Assembly (NCBI GenBank): GCA_024637095.1
Contig: JAGXFV010000006.1
Coordinates: 34,609-98,608, forward strand
Source of the DNA: Actinomycetes bacterium
GTDB lineage: Bacteria; Actinomycetota; Thermoleophilia; RBG-16-64-13
Reading direction: 5' to 3'
Length of the DNA stretch: 64,000 nt
Made by a program: the position numbers and the translations under genes
Shown here: positions 52,263 through 64,000 of the stretch, one piece after another
Layout of the letters: each line of letters opens with the position of its first letter
Numbering within the stretch: the first letter of the stretch is position 1
Notes under the pieces: generated by a model
Databases searched by the model: none
Seen by the model: only the letters and a program-made list of their open reading frames with translations
What the model was told of the DNA's origin: nothing

Positions 52263-52991
52263 CTACGTGTCCCGCTTGAGGCTCTGCAGGTAGACTAGGC
52301 CCGGGCCGGTCAGCCTGGTCATGAACAGACCCTCTCCACCGAACAGGATACGCCGGGCGCCACTTACGCGTTTGATGTCGTAGTCCAGGTCTTCGGCGAA
52401 GGCGGCTAGATTGCCCGTGCTCACCAGAACCGACTCGCCCTCACGGAGCTGCTGCCGATGGAAGTCTCCGCTGCCGTGAACCAGCACGCTGCCATTGCCC
52501 TGGATCTTTTGCAGGAAGAGCCCCGCCCCCCCGAAAAGAGCCGCGCCCGCCCGCTTCGCCACCGTGACGTCGATCTGGATCTCGGGGCCCCAGGCCGCCA
52601 GAAAGGAGCCTCTCGTGGTGACCACCGGTCCGTCGGCGAGGTACCATTCGAGGATGTGACCCGGTCGATTGGAAGCGAGGAGCACCTCCTGCCCGGGCGC
52701 CTGCGTCGTGATGTGGGCGAGCGCCACCCCCTCTCCCGAGAGAGAGCGCCGCACGACCCCCTCTAGTCCCCCGGGGACGCGCAGGACCCATTGCACCCCG
52801 GCGGTGTGCGCCATGATCGAGCCCTTGCTGGCCCAGACCCTCTCGCCCGGAGCGAGTTCGAGGCGCGCGGTCTGGGCTATCTCCCCCCTGATCGTAAAAC
52901 GGGTTGCGCTCCCGGTTACCGTCCGGCCGGCTTCGCCGCCAACTTCGCCACCTCCGAAGGAGGTGCCCGCCCCGGATTCCTCCGCCATCAT
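52263..52991 (-). CDS. AIM24-family protein (TIGR00266/DUF124)
   Basis: 242 aa. Gly-rich beta-helix-like repeats characteristic of AIM24/DUF124. Confidence 0.6.
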   Translation of the reverse strand: MMAEESGAGTSFGGGEVGGEAGRTVTGSATRFTIRGEIAQTARLELAPGERVWASKGSIMAHTAGVQWVLRVPGGLEGVVRRSLSGEGVALAHITTQAPGQEVLLASNRPGHILEWYLADGPVVTTRGSFLAAWGPEIQIDVTVAKRAGAALFGGAGLFLQKIQGNGSVLVHGSGDFHRQQLREGESVLVSTGNLAAFAEDLDYDIKRVSGARRILFGGEGLFMTRLTGPGLVYLQSLKRDT

Positions 52992-53452
52992 TCCGACATG
53001 GGGATTTCGTCTTGCTCCAACTTGGCCTCCAGCGTGATCTCCACGTTTCCCCAGAGCGCCTTGGAAACCGGGCAGCCCTCTTTGGCTGCCTGCGCGGCCT
53101 TTTCGAACTCAGACTGGTCCACGCCGGGAACCACTCCGCGCACGGTGAGATCCATTGAGGTCATCTTGAGACCGGCCTCAGTGTCATCCAGAGTGGCGAC
53201 GGCGTCGACATCGAGTCTCTCGGGTGGGGTCCCGGCCTCATCGAGCTCGTTCGAGAGCTGCATGCTATAGCAACTGGCATGCGCCGCCGCGATCAGTTCC
53301 TCGGGACTGGTCATGCCGTCCGAACGCTCTGTCCGCGAGGCCCAGGTCACATCGAAATCCTGAAATGCGCCGCTGGCACCGGTTATCTTCCCTTTTCCGC
53401 GGGAGAGGTTGCCCTCCCACGTGGCGTGAACTCTGCGTTCCGCGATCGCCAT
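52988..53452 (-). CDS. osmC: OsmC/Ohr-family peroxiredoxin
   Basis: 154 aa. Two conserved Cys (ASCYSMQ; EGCPVSKAL). Confidence 0.8.
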   Translation of the reverse strand: MAIAERRVHATWEGNLSRGKGKITGASGAFQDFDVTWASRTERSDGMTSPEELIAAAHASCYSMQLSNELDEAGTPPERLDVDAVATLDDTEAGLKMTSMDLTVRGVVPGVDQSEFEKAAQAAKEGCPVSKALWGNVEITLEAKLEQDEIPMSE

Positions 53453-53582
53453 GTCGTCCTCCTCGGGTAGCTGATTTTGGCCCTCTACCCGAGTCGCCCG
53501 CAGACTAACGCGGCCGCCCTCTCGGCTCTGTCCACCTCACCGCGTAGACTGAAGCCATGAACCCATTAACCGGCCAACAGCC

Positions 53583-54149
53583 ATGAGCGACCCACCCAAG
53601 CAGGCTTCCCCCAACAGCGCGAAAATGGCCGCAGGAGGTGCGGCGGGCAGGCGCGCAGCCGTGCCCCGGTTCGAAGTTGCGCTGGTTTGCGCCAACGGGC
53701 ATCTCCTGAACGACCGGGCCGAAGCGCAGGCCACGCTCAACGTCAAGTTCTGTCCCGAGTGCGGTGAGGGCACGCTCTCCCATTGCCCCGAGTGCGACAC
53801 CGCGCTCCGGGGCCGCTTCTTGCCGGAAGGCGACCCCCAAGGCGGGAAGCGCCTCTCTCGGCCGCCGCGCTTCTGCCACGAGTGCGGCAGCCCCTTTCCT
53901 TGGACGGCCGAAAGGCTCCTCGCCGCCGACGAACTCGCGGCGCAGCTGGACGATCTCTCCGACGAGGAGCGCCGGCTGCTGAGGGCGGCTTTCCGCGACA
54001 TCCTCACCGAGAATCCGCGGACGGAGGTGGCGGCACTCCGGATCAAGCGAGCGGCCGAGCAGGCGGGCAAGGGGGCGGGCCGCATCCTCTTCGAGGTGGT
54101 GGAGAACCTGGCTAGCGAGACCGCGAAGCGCCTGATACTCGGGCCCTGA
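53583..54149 (+). CDS. Zinc-ribbon protein of unknown function (DUF2321-like)
   Basis: 188 aa. CANGH..., CPECGEG, CPECD, CHECGSPFPW cysteine pairs; C-terminal acidic/helical region. The start is uncertain. Confidence 0.5.
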   Translation: MSDPPKQASPNSAKMAAGGAAGRRAAVPRFEVALVCANGHLLNDRAEAQATLNVKFCPECGEGTLSHCPECDTALRGRFLPEGDPQGGKRLSRPPRFCHECGSPFPWTAERLLAADELAAQLDDLSDEERRLLRAAFRDILTENPRTEVAALRIKRAAEQAGKGAGRILFEVVENLASETAKRLILGP

Positions 54150-54187
54150 ACCTACGAACCTTTACGCCGCCGCCACGGGCTGAGACC

Positions 54188-57145
<2,958 letters not shown>

Positions 57146-57257
57146 AGCATCCGATTATACCGGGCAAGGCGGACAGTGACCGCCCAAAGGCTAAGGAAAA
57201 GGCCGCGCGGAAATTGCGGGCAAAGGCGGGGGCCCGGGCGACGCTCGCCGACCGCCC

Positions 57258-57638
57258 CTACTCCGAATCCTGAAGACGGGCCGCCCCCACACTCGCTGCG
57301 TCGAAGCCCTCCGGCAGCCACATCCGGGTCCGGATGATCCCGGCGAATTCCCCGTTGTCGTCACGCCTGGCCTTGTAGCGGATCAACTGACCCACGGCGA
57401 ACTTGGCGTGCTCCTCGAGTTCTCCGGTGCGCATCCGGTCCACCATCGCCTGGACCGTCTGCCGGGACTTCGGTTTGTGGCACTGCGCCATGATGTCCCG
57501 CCCGACCAACTCCTCCCGCGGAAGGCGGTAGAAGTCGGATTCAAAAGCGTTGGCGTAGACGACGCGCAGTTCCGCGTCGGTGACCAGGATGCCGGTCTGA
57601 AAGTGCTCGGCAAGAGCAGTCATTTCTAATGGATCCAA
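57258..57638 (-). CDS. Stand-alone PAS-domain protein
   Basis: 126 aa. PAS fold signature (GILVTDAELRVVYANAFESDFYRLPREELVGRDI). Confidence 0.55.
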   Translation of the reverse strand: MDPLEMTALAEHFQTGILVTDAELRVVYANAFESDFYRLPREELVGRDIMAQCHKPKSRQTVQAMVDRMRTGELEEHAKFAVGQLIRYKARRDDNGEFAGIIRTRMWLPEGFDAASVGAARLQDSE

Positions 57639-57829
57639 GGGGGCCTCCAGGGTTCGCCGGTGCGGTCGGCAAGAGCTCGGCCGGGGCTTGCGAAACGTGA
57701 GCTTGCAAGAACGGTAACACGAACGGACCTCGGAGGGCTCGGGTGGGTGAGGCGCCGGGTGCGCAGCGCCTGATCAAGGGGGACGAAGCGCATGTCTCCT
57801 GCTCACGGGGCATGGTTCTCGCAACGGGT

Positions 57830-57848
57830 TGATGTAATCGATACATCA
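57830..57848. promoter_or_regulatory. Inverted repeat TGATGTA-N5-TACATCA, candidate operator in divergent PAS/VOC intergenic region
   Basis: Direct reading: tgatgtaatcgatacatca at 57830-57848. ~90 nt upstream of the VOC start. Confidence 0.35.
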
Positions 57849-57939
57849 CCGGGCGAAGAGACGCGCGGACGGGATGAAGTCGCCCTACTGACGGGTATGA
57901 GTCTGCCCAGTTGGAGGGCGGCACCTGATCGAGTGGCAA

Positions 57940-58368
57940 TTGAACCCAAGGAGGCATGAAATGGAACGGGAATTCCCCACAGCCGATGTCGAGCTGACCG
58001 TGCTCTTGGTGGTTTCCGACGTCGAACGAGCCAAGCGCTTCTACCGCGACGTTCTCGGCGCCTCACTCTACCGCGAGTACGCGGGCACCAGCGTGGTTCT
58101 CAGCTTCCAGGGGACCTGGCTGCTACTGGTCACCGGGGGCGGACCCACTGACGACAAGCCGAACGTCACCTTCGCCCCGCCCGCCGACCCCCACCGAGTC
58201 AGTAACCAACTCACCTTGCGGGTCCCCGACTGCCACGACGCGTACGAGGCCCTGCGGGCCCGCGGCGCCGAGTTCCTCACGCCTCCCGTGACTCAGGGAA
58301 GCGAGACCAGAGCCTTCTTCCGCGACCCCGATGGGCATCTGCTCGAGATCAGCTCGATCGCGGCGTAA
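57940..58368 (+). CDS. VOC-family protein (glyoxalase/bleomycin-resistance/dioxygenase fold)
   Basis: 142 aa. RAKRFYRDVLG...DPDGHLLEI. The start is possibly at the downstream MEREF. Confidence 0.7.
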   Translation: MNPRRHEMEREFPTADVELTVLLVVSDVERAKRFYRDVLGASLYREYAGTSVVLSFQGTWLLLVTGGGPTDDKPNVTFAPPADPHRVSNQLTLRVPDCHDAYEALRARGAEFLTPPVTQGSETRAFFRDPDGHLLEISSIAA

Positions 58369-58371
58369 GCG

Positions 58372-58398
58372 GCGCGTCGGGCGCGTCGGGCGCGTCGG
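58372..58398. repeat. 9-bp tandem repeat (gcgcgtcgg x3) immediately after VOC stop codon
   Basis: Direct reading after taa at 58366-58368. Confidence 0.85.
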
Positions 58399-58502
58399 GC
58401 GGCGGGAAGACGACCCGGCCGGGGCCTGTTCCACTCACGGCGATTTCCTGACGCCTCGACGCCGAGGTAAGGCCGCCGGCCGGATTTGGGAGGAGTGCGC
58501 GC

Positions 58503-59660
58503 CTACGACGAAGCCAGGGGCTGTGCGCGCTTAGCTTCCGCCGCCGCCTCAGCCTCCACCGCTTCCGCCTCCGCGTGCAGCTGCACTTGGGCAAAGTACA
58601 CCGCCAGGGGACGGTAGGCCATATGCGCCCACTTGCCGAAGGGCACCTCGAGCACCAACATTGGTACGACCGCCATCAGGTGAACGACGTAGGTCACGTT
58701 GGCGGCCGCGTCCAGGCCGGAGCGGTGAAGAACGTGCTGGAGCACGCCGGTTACGGCTACGATCAGCAGTAGGATCAGGAAGATCCAATCCGACTCGTGG
58801 GAGTGGGTGTGCTGGGCGGAGTCTCGGCGCAACCGGCCGCGAAGGTTCCAGACCACAGCCCCAATCAGGCCCGCCGAGGCCAGATAGCCGAAGACGTGGA
58901 CGCGCCAGTCGATCTCCGGCCCGCTCGCCAGTTCACCCAGGAAGAACATGACGAGCACCAGCATGGTCACGTAGCTGAGCATCAGGGCCAGGTGCACCGC
59001 CCAGGGACGCTTACGGTCACACTCCCTGTACTTGGGCTGAGCGAAGAAGTGAACGGGCAGCGCGGGAAGGCTCGCCAGGTAGGAGCTCAAGGAAGCTTTG
59101 ACTCCACCGGCTTTGGTGAAAAAACGCCACATGCGCCCCGCGTTGACGCCCAACAGGACTACCAGCAATCCAGCCATGGCCCAGTCGAACACGTGGATCT
59201 TGGAACTGGGCAAGAAGGCATTGGGACCGTCATAGCTGTTGATGCTGCCCTGAGACATACCGAACAGGGTGAAGCCGACTCCCGTCGCGATCGCAGCCAG
59301 GATGATGATGAACAACTCCCACTTCCACGAGCGATAGAAGAGCCGCGAGATGCCGGTGAAGTCATACTTAGCCGTTAGCCAGCGCCGCATGCTCATCATG
59401 GTCTCGGCCGGTTCCGCTCCTTTGGGACACTGCTCCGAGCACTCTCCACAGTAGTAGCAGAGCCAGGGTTCCAGCGAGCCCTGAAGCTTGCTCTCGGCGC
59501 CCAGCTGAAGGGCGTGCATGGGCCGTCGTGGCAGCACGAAAGGGGCCTCGGAGTGAACGCAAACCGCGGAGCAGTTGCCACAGTTGAAGCACTTGCTAAC
59601 GTCCTCGGCTCCGTATGCCAGGAGTTCATCCACAAGGCCCGGATTGATTTTTGTCGCCAT
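58503..59660 (-). CDS. QmoC/HdrE-like membrane subunit: N-terminal 2x[4Fe-4S] ferredoxin (HdrC-like) fused to multi-helix His-rich cytochrome b-like domain
   Basis: 385 aa. CFNCGNCSAVC and CYYCGECSEQCP motifs. About 5-6 hydrophobic helices with conserved His (HVFDW, HLALM, HVLH, HLMAV). Confidence 0.6.
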   Translation of the reverse strand: MATKINPGLVDELLAYGAEDVSKCFNCGNCSAVCVHSEAPFVLPRRPMHALQLGAESKLQGSLEPWLCYYCGECSEQCPKGAEPAETMMSMRRWLTAKYDFTGISRLFYRSWKWELFIIILAAIATGVGFTLFGMSQGSINSYDGPNAFLPSSKIHVFDWAMAGLLVVLLGVNAGRMWRFFTKAGGVKASLSSYLASLPALPVHFFAQPKYRECDRKRPWAVHLALMLSYVTMLVLVMFFLGELASGPEIDWRVHVFGYLASAGLIGAVVWNLRGRLRRDSAQHTHSHESDWIFLILLLIVAVTGVLQHVLHRSGLDAAANVTYVVHLMAVVPMLVLEVPFGKWAHMAYRPLAVYFAQVQLHAEAEAVEAEAAAEAKRAQPLASS

Positions 59661-59703
59661 CGTTCTCCTCGATACAGGCTTTACCGACGCAGAAAGACGC
59701 CGT

Positions 59704-60189
59704 CTAGATGAACAGGTTCACGTTGGCTTCGTCGGCCTCGCCCAGGTAGGCGGCCACCCCGGCGTACTCCAGGCCGTCCATGAGTTCTTCCTCGCAGAAG
59801 CCGAGGATGTCCATGGAGAGGGTGCAGGCGACGAACTTCACGCCCTGCTCCCTGGCGGCCTCGACCAGTTCATCGAGGGACATGGCGTTCTGCTGCTTCA
59901 TGACCTTCTTCATGAGCGGCGCGCCCGCGCCGGCAAAGTTCATCTTGGAAAGGCCAAGACGCCGGGTGCCCTTGGGCATCATGCGGCCGAACATCGACTG
60001 CAGAGTGCTCTTCTTGTGGCCGTTGGTCGACACCTTCCCGTCTTTGCGCAGCACGTTCAACCCCCAGAAGGTGAAGAACATCGTGACCTGATCACCCATG
60101 GCGGCTGCCCCGTTGGCGATGATGAAGGCCGCCATCACCCGGTCGAAGTCGCCGCTGAACAAAATGATGGTCTTCTTGCTGGTATCCAC
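59704..60189 (-). CDS. DsrE/DsrF-like family protein (peroxiredoxin-fold sulfur-relay-like)
   Basis: 161 aa. IILFSGDFDRVMAAFIIANGAAAMG...FVACTLSMDILG resembles the DsrE/DsrF/DrsE fold family. Confidence 0.5.
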   Translation of the reverse strand: MDTSKKTIILFSGDFDRVMAAFIIANGAAAMGDQVTMFFTFWGLNVLRKDGKVSTNGHKKSTLQSMFGRMMPKGTRRLGLSKMNFAGAGAPLMKKVMKQQNAMSLDELVEAAREQGVKFVACTLSMDILGFCEEELMDGLEYAGVAAYLGEADEANVNLFI

Positions 60190-60217
60190 TATCGTCCTCC
60201 TCCGCTGCCGGTGCCCA

Positions 60218-60514
60218 TTACTGCTCCCGGGGAACGGTCTGGTATTGGAAGTAGCCTTCGTCGGTCGCCTCTTTGATCTCGGCGACGTAACCGTACTTGC
60301 GCATCCCCATCACCCAGAAGACCACCTCGTGCGTGGGTTGGGCGATGGCCGTGGCAATCTCGGGGATGGTGAGGGGGCCTTCGGCAAGCGCGTCGAGGAT
60401 CCGCGACCTCATGAAGTGCTCGTCTCGGATGATCTCGCGCACGTCGCGATTCGTCCTCGGCTCCCGCGCGTCTTGCGCCGACCGGTTCCGGTTGGTGGCG
60501 TTGGTGTCGTTCAT
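60218..60514 (-). CDS. Small winged-helix DNA-binding protein (98 aa)
   Basis: ATG 60514 overlaps the hdrA stop (ATGA). RILDALAEGPLTIPEIATAIAQPTHEVVFWVMGMRKYGYV looks HTH/wHTH-like. Confidence 0.5.
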   Translation of the reverse strand: MNDTNATNRNRSAQDAREPRTNRDVREIIRDEHFMRSRILDALAEGPLTIPEIATAIAQPTHEVVFWVMGMRKYGYVAEIKEATDEGYFQYQTVPREQ

Positions 60515-62250
60515 GCGCAACTCACCCCCAGCATGCCGTCGATCATCGACCTGATTTGCGCGTCGGTATATCCCTGCAGATCGATGGCGTTCGCGGGGCA
60601 AACGGGGACGCAGCCCCCGCAACCCTTGCAGGCGGTCTTCGCAATCACGGCTACCTCCTTGCCCGCATGCTGATCGAGAGAAATCGCATCGTAGGGACAG
60701 GTGTCTTGACACGCGCCGCACCACTCACAGACGTCAAGATCAACGGTGGCGACCAAGGGGTCCAGTTCGGCGGTGCCCCGCTTCAATATGGCCGCACTTT
60801 GGGTGACCGCCGCGAGGCCCGACTGCACGCTCTCTGACAAGTTGCGCGGTGCCTGACAGCACCCGGCGATGTAGACGCCGTCCACCACCGTCTCCACCGG
60901 CCGCAGCTTGGGGTGGATCTCGTTGAAGAAGCCACTCTGTCCCACGGGCAGCTTGAGGGCTTTGGTAAGCCCCTCGTTCTCGCGCGGGACCATGCCGGTC
61001 ATCAGAACCACGAGGTCCACCTCGAGCTCGAACTCCTCCCCTTCGGACAGCAGGTCTCGGGCAGTAACGGTCACGCGGCCGCTCGCCTGATCTCTCTCGA
61101 TCACGGGCGGTTCTTGGTCGGGATACTTGATGTACGCCGAGCCCTTCTCAAGCGCTTCGGAGTACAACAGTTCGAAGGTGCCGTAGGTGCGCATGTCGCG
61201 GTAGAAGTGGTACTGGTGCACCTTGCCCGGCAGAGCCTCTACCTGCAGGGCAGCGTGCGCCCCGGCATTGCAGCAGTAACGCGAGCAGTAGGTGTTGGCC
61301 CCTTCCTCATACTCCGGCTGCCGGCTGCCCACACAGTAGACGTAGGCCAGGGTCTTGACCGGCCGGCCTTTGTACTTCAGGGGACCGTCGGCGGCCTCTA
61401 CCATCTGCTTGAACTCAGCGATCGTCACCACGCCGTCTTGACCGAAGCCGAACTCGCCCTCGTCGGGCTGGTAGGTGTCGAAGCCGGTGGTCACGACGAT
61501 GGAGCCCACGTCCACCTGGATGGTCTCCAACTGCTCGCCTTGCACGGCCAGCGTCGCTTGGTAGTTGCCAAAGCTGCCGCTCTTGGCGATAAGTTCGGCG
61601 TTGGTGAAGACCGTGATGCCGGGGTGGGCGCGCACGGCGCTCTCGAGGCCGGCCACCAACTCGCCGCCGTTTCGTCCGTGCGGATACATCTCCTTGAAGC
61701 CGGAGACCCAGCCTCCCAGCCGCTCTTTCTTCTCAACGAGGAACACGGAAAGCCCGACCTCGGCCAACCCCAGGGCGGCCCGAAGACCGGCAATACCGCC
61801 GCCAACCACGAGGCTCTTCGGCGTGGTCTCGACCACGATGGACTCGAGCGGGTCGGTCAGCCGGGTGCGGTTGACGCCGGCGCGTACCAGGCGAAGCGCC
61901 TTCTCGGTGGCCCCCGCGTGGTCGTCGGTATGCGTCCAGGAGCACTGTTCGCGCACGTTCACCTGCGTGTACTGGAAGGGATTCATGCCGGCACGGCGGG
62001 CAACGTCACGGAAGGTGTAGGTGTGCAGTTTGGGCGAGCAGGAAGCCACGACCAGTCCGTCCAGACCCCGCTCCTGGGCGTCGGTGATGATCTCCTGCTG
62101 CGTCGAATCGGAGCAGGTGAACATGGCGGTCCTTGCGACCTCGACTCCGGGCTCCTTGGCTATCGCCTCAACCACACGGTCCACGTCCACGTAGTCGCCG
62201 ATATTGCCGCCGCACTGGCAGACGTAGACCCCGATCTTGCGGGCGCTCAT
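60511..62250 (-). CDS. hdrA: Heterodisulfide reductase subunit A-like flavoprotein (HdrA/QmoB-type)
   Basis: 579 aa. N-domain KIGVYVCQCGGNIGDYVD...ASCSPKLH...REQCSWTH (as in methanogen HdrA), FAD site LVVGGGIAGLRAALGLAE, CVGSRQ...YCSRYCC cluster motif. C-terminal 2x[4Fe-4S] CEWCGACQDTCP / CKGCGGCVPVCP. Confidence 0.8.
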   Translation of the reverse strand: MSARKIGVYVCQCGGNIGDYVDVDRVVEAIAKEPGVEVARTAMFTCSDSTQQEIITDAQERGLDGLVVASCSPKLHTYTFRDVARRAGMNPFQYTQVNVREQCSWTHTDDHAGATEKALRLVRAGVNRTRLTDPLESIVVETTPKSLVVGGGIAGLRAALGLAEVGLSVFLVEKKERLGGWVSGFKEMYPHGRNGGELVAGLESAVRAHPGITVFTNAELIAKSGSFGNYQATLAVQGEQLETIQVDVGSIVVTTGFDTYQPDEGEFGFGQDGVVTIAEFKQMVEAADGPLKYKGRPVKTLAYVYCVGSRQPEYEEGANTYCSRYCCNAGAHAALQVEALPGKVHQYHFYRDMRTYGTFELLYSEALEKGSAYIKYPDQEPPVIERDQASGRVTVTARDLLSEGEEFELEVDLVVLMTGMVPRENEGLTKALKLPVGQSGFFNEIHPKLRPVETVVDGVYIAGCCQAPRNLSESVQSGLAAVTQSAAILKRGTAELDPLVATVDLDVCEWCGACQDTCPYDAISLDQHAGKEVAVIAKTACKGCGGCVPVCPANAIDLQGYTDAQIRSMIDGMLGVSCA

Positions 62251-64000
62251 ACCGTGACCTTCGCTTTCGGTTCTGCCATCGCTTTGTGCCTCTCGACGTG
62301 GGCAGCGGCCTGAGCCACGGCCGCTCCTGCGTGGAGGATGGAATCGGGGATGTCCTTGACGCCCGATGCGGCCCCGGCCACGAAAACCCCGGGCAAGTTG
62401 GTGCGGCCGGGATCGAGATCCTCGTCCGCCTCGCCGACGTAGAAGTAGTCGTCCAGGGCCAGAGCGCCGTCCTCGAACAGGCCGGCGACTTCCAAGTTGG
62501 GCTGTACGCCCACGGCAAGCACCACCATGTCGTACTCGGCCTCGACCACCCCGCCGTCACCCTCCACGTCCTCGTAGCGGACGATGAGGTTGCCGTCCTC
62601 CTTCTCGGTGATCTTGGCCACCCTGCCCTTGATGAACATGGCGCCCATGTCCTTGGCCTGCTGGTAGAACTCATCGTAGCCCTTGCCCACAGCGCGTACG
62701 TCCATGTAGTGGACGGTGACATCGGCCAGCGGCAGGGCGCCCATGACCAACTGGTTGTGCTTCACCGAGTACATGCAACAGATGCGCGAGCAAAGGGGAT
62801 TGTCGACGGTGTCATCTCGGGAGCCGGTGCACATGATGTAGGCAATGTTGTCGGGAACCTTGCCGTCTCCCGGGCGGAGCACAGAGTTGAAGGGCCGCGT
62901 CGGGGCCAGCAGCCGGTCCATCTGCATGCCGGTGATCACGTTCGCGTACTTCCCGTAGCCGTACTCCGGCTTGGCATCGGCCGGAAAGAGCTTGAAACCG
63001 GTGGCCAGCACGACCGAGGCGGTGTCCACTTCGATCTCCTCGGGACGCATGGCGAGATCAACGGCGTCGGCCGGGCAGGCATCCACGCAGGCGTGACATT
63101 CCGAGCAGACCCCGCAGTCGAGGCAACGGGAGGTGGCCTCCAAGGCCTCCGCTTCGGTAAGGGTGGTTTCGGTTTCCGCGAAGTCCACGGGAGCCGCGTT
63201 CATGACCGCGTGGGATTCCAGCGGTTCGCGCCGGTCATAGACATCTTGGCGGCGCAGCACCTCGAGCTTGTCGACCCGAGGAAGGTTGTCCTCGAAGCCG
63301 GCAGAATCCAGTGCAGCCCCCTCTAGGAAGCGGTCGATCATGAAGGCCGCCCTACGGCCCTGGCCAACTGCCTGGGTGATCATGCTGGGGCCGGTGACTG
63401 CGTCTCCGGCGGCAAAGATTTCGGGTCTGGCGGTTTGGAGCGTCGCCGAGTCCACTTTGAGCGTACGGTTAGGGTTAGTTTGCAGAGCGAACGCTTCGGT
63501 GTCCGCCCCCATCCCCGCAGCCACGATCACCAGGTCACACTCCAACGTCTTGCGCATCTTTTCGTCGTATTCGGGGGCGAAGCAGCCGTCGGGATCGAAC
63601 ACGCAGGTACAGCGCTTGAGCCCCGCCGTCTGCACCCGCTCGCCTCCGTCGAAGTGGTCGATGCCCCAACCGTCGTGCAGGGTGATGCCTTCGGCCTTGG
63701 CCTCCTCGACCTCGAAGTCGTGGGCAGGCATCTCGTCACAGCTTTCCAGACTTACCTGATCTACGGAGGCCGCGCCCAGCCGGCGAGCAGTCCGGGCCGC
63801 GTCGATGGCGACGTTGCCGCCCCCCACCACGAGCACCTTCTTGCCCTCCATCTCTACGGGCTCACCCAACTTCACCGCCCGCAGGAACTCGAGAGCGGTG
63901 GTGACCCCCTGCTTGTCTTCTCCAAGAACCCGCAGGCGAACGGGGCGGTGGGTGCCGGTGGCAAGCAGCACCGCGTTCCACCCGTCCTCGAGCAACCGGC
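62247..64000 (-). CDS. HdrL-like fusion (GltD/NfnB-like NAD(P)H-binding module + ferredoxin + HdrA-like module), C-terminal 582 aa; N-terminus beyond window end
   Basis: KKVLVVGGGNVAIDAARTARRLGA and IFAAGD (NAD(P)H Rossmann of the GltD/SudA family). Then CLDCGVCSECHACVDACP, CTGSRD...CSRICC and HdrA C-half blocks. 4-nt overlap with hdrA. Confidence 0.6.
   Translation of the reverse strand, partial: RLLEDGWNAVLLATGTHRPVRLRVLGEDKQGVTTALEFLRAVKLGEPVEMEGKKVLVVGGGNVAIDAARTARRLGAASVDQVSLESCDEMPAHDFEVEEAKAEGITLHDGWGIDHFDGGERVQTAGLKRCTCVFDPDGCFAPEYDEKMRKTLECDLVIVAAGMGADTEAFALQTNPNRTLKVDSATLQTARPEIFAAGDAVTGPSMITQAVGQGRRAAFMIDRFLEGAALDSAGFEDNLPRVDKLEVLRRQDVYDRREPLESHAVMNAAPVDFAETETTLTEAEALEATSRCLDCGVCSECHACVDACPADAVDLAMRPEEIEVDTASVVLATGFKLFPADAKPEYGYGKYANVITGMQMDRLLAPTRPFNSVLRPGDGKVPDNIAYIMCTGSRDDTVDNPLCSRICCMYSVKHNQLVMGALPLADVTVHYMDVRAVGKGYDEFYQQAKDMGAMFIKGRVAKITEKEDGNLIVRYEDVEGDGGVVEAEYDMVVLAVGVQPNLEVAGLFEDGALALDDYFYVGEADEDLDPGRTNLPGVFVAGAASGVKDIPDSILHAGAAVAQAAAHVERHKAMAEPKAKVTV

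Overview
High-GC (roughly 65-68%), gene-dense bacterial chromosomal segment with most genes on the minus strand. The uvrC-rapZ-yvcK-whiA-gap-pgk-tpiA...secG synteny and leaderless/GTG/TTG starts suggest a deep-branching Actinobacteria-like lineage; the Wood-Ljungdahl genes suggest an acetogen-type anaerobe. Main contents: (i) a Wood-Ljungdahl operon at the 5' end (fhs, RACo corrinoid activator, cooC, fchA, folD, acsD, and the N-terminus of CODH cooS running off the window); (ii) an orphan larC, an XRE regulator plus CPBP intramembrane protease pair, and murI-rph-rdgB; (iii) a hydrogenase/Ni maturation cluster hypF-hypD-hypE-hypA-hypB with no hypC; (iv) YihY, MFS, MOFRL glycerate kinase, sodA, DJ-1 and a P-loop CPGS-like protein; (v) an unannotated RNase P RNA (rnpB, minus strand) with a TATAAT promoter; (vi) an opp/dpp/nik-type ABC importer; (vii) secG, an ECF sigma/anti-sigma pair and gpmI inserted into the tpiA-pgk-gap-whiA-yvcK-rapZ-ogt-uvrC block; (viii) fabI, M42 peptidase, an otsB-like HAD phosphatase overlapping a GalT/HIT-like enzyme, acyl-CoA synthetase, hflX, AIM24, osmC, uvrA; (ix) at the 3' end a Qmo/Hdr-like redox cluster (HdrL-like NAD(P)H/HdrA fusion running off the window, HdrA, small wHTH, DsrE-like, membrane QmoC/HdrE-like), which is the most interesting candidate for an undescribed system. 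A recurrent pattern of short tandem duplications sitting on or just after stop codons was also seen. All calls are from reading the sequence and translations only; no database searches were run. The many long antisense ORFs in the track are high-GC artefacts.
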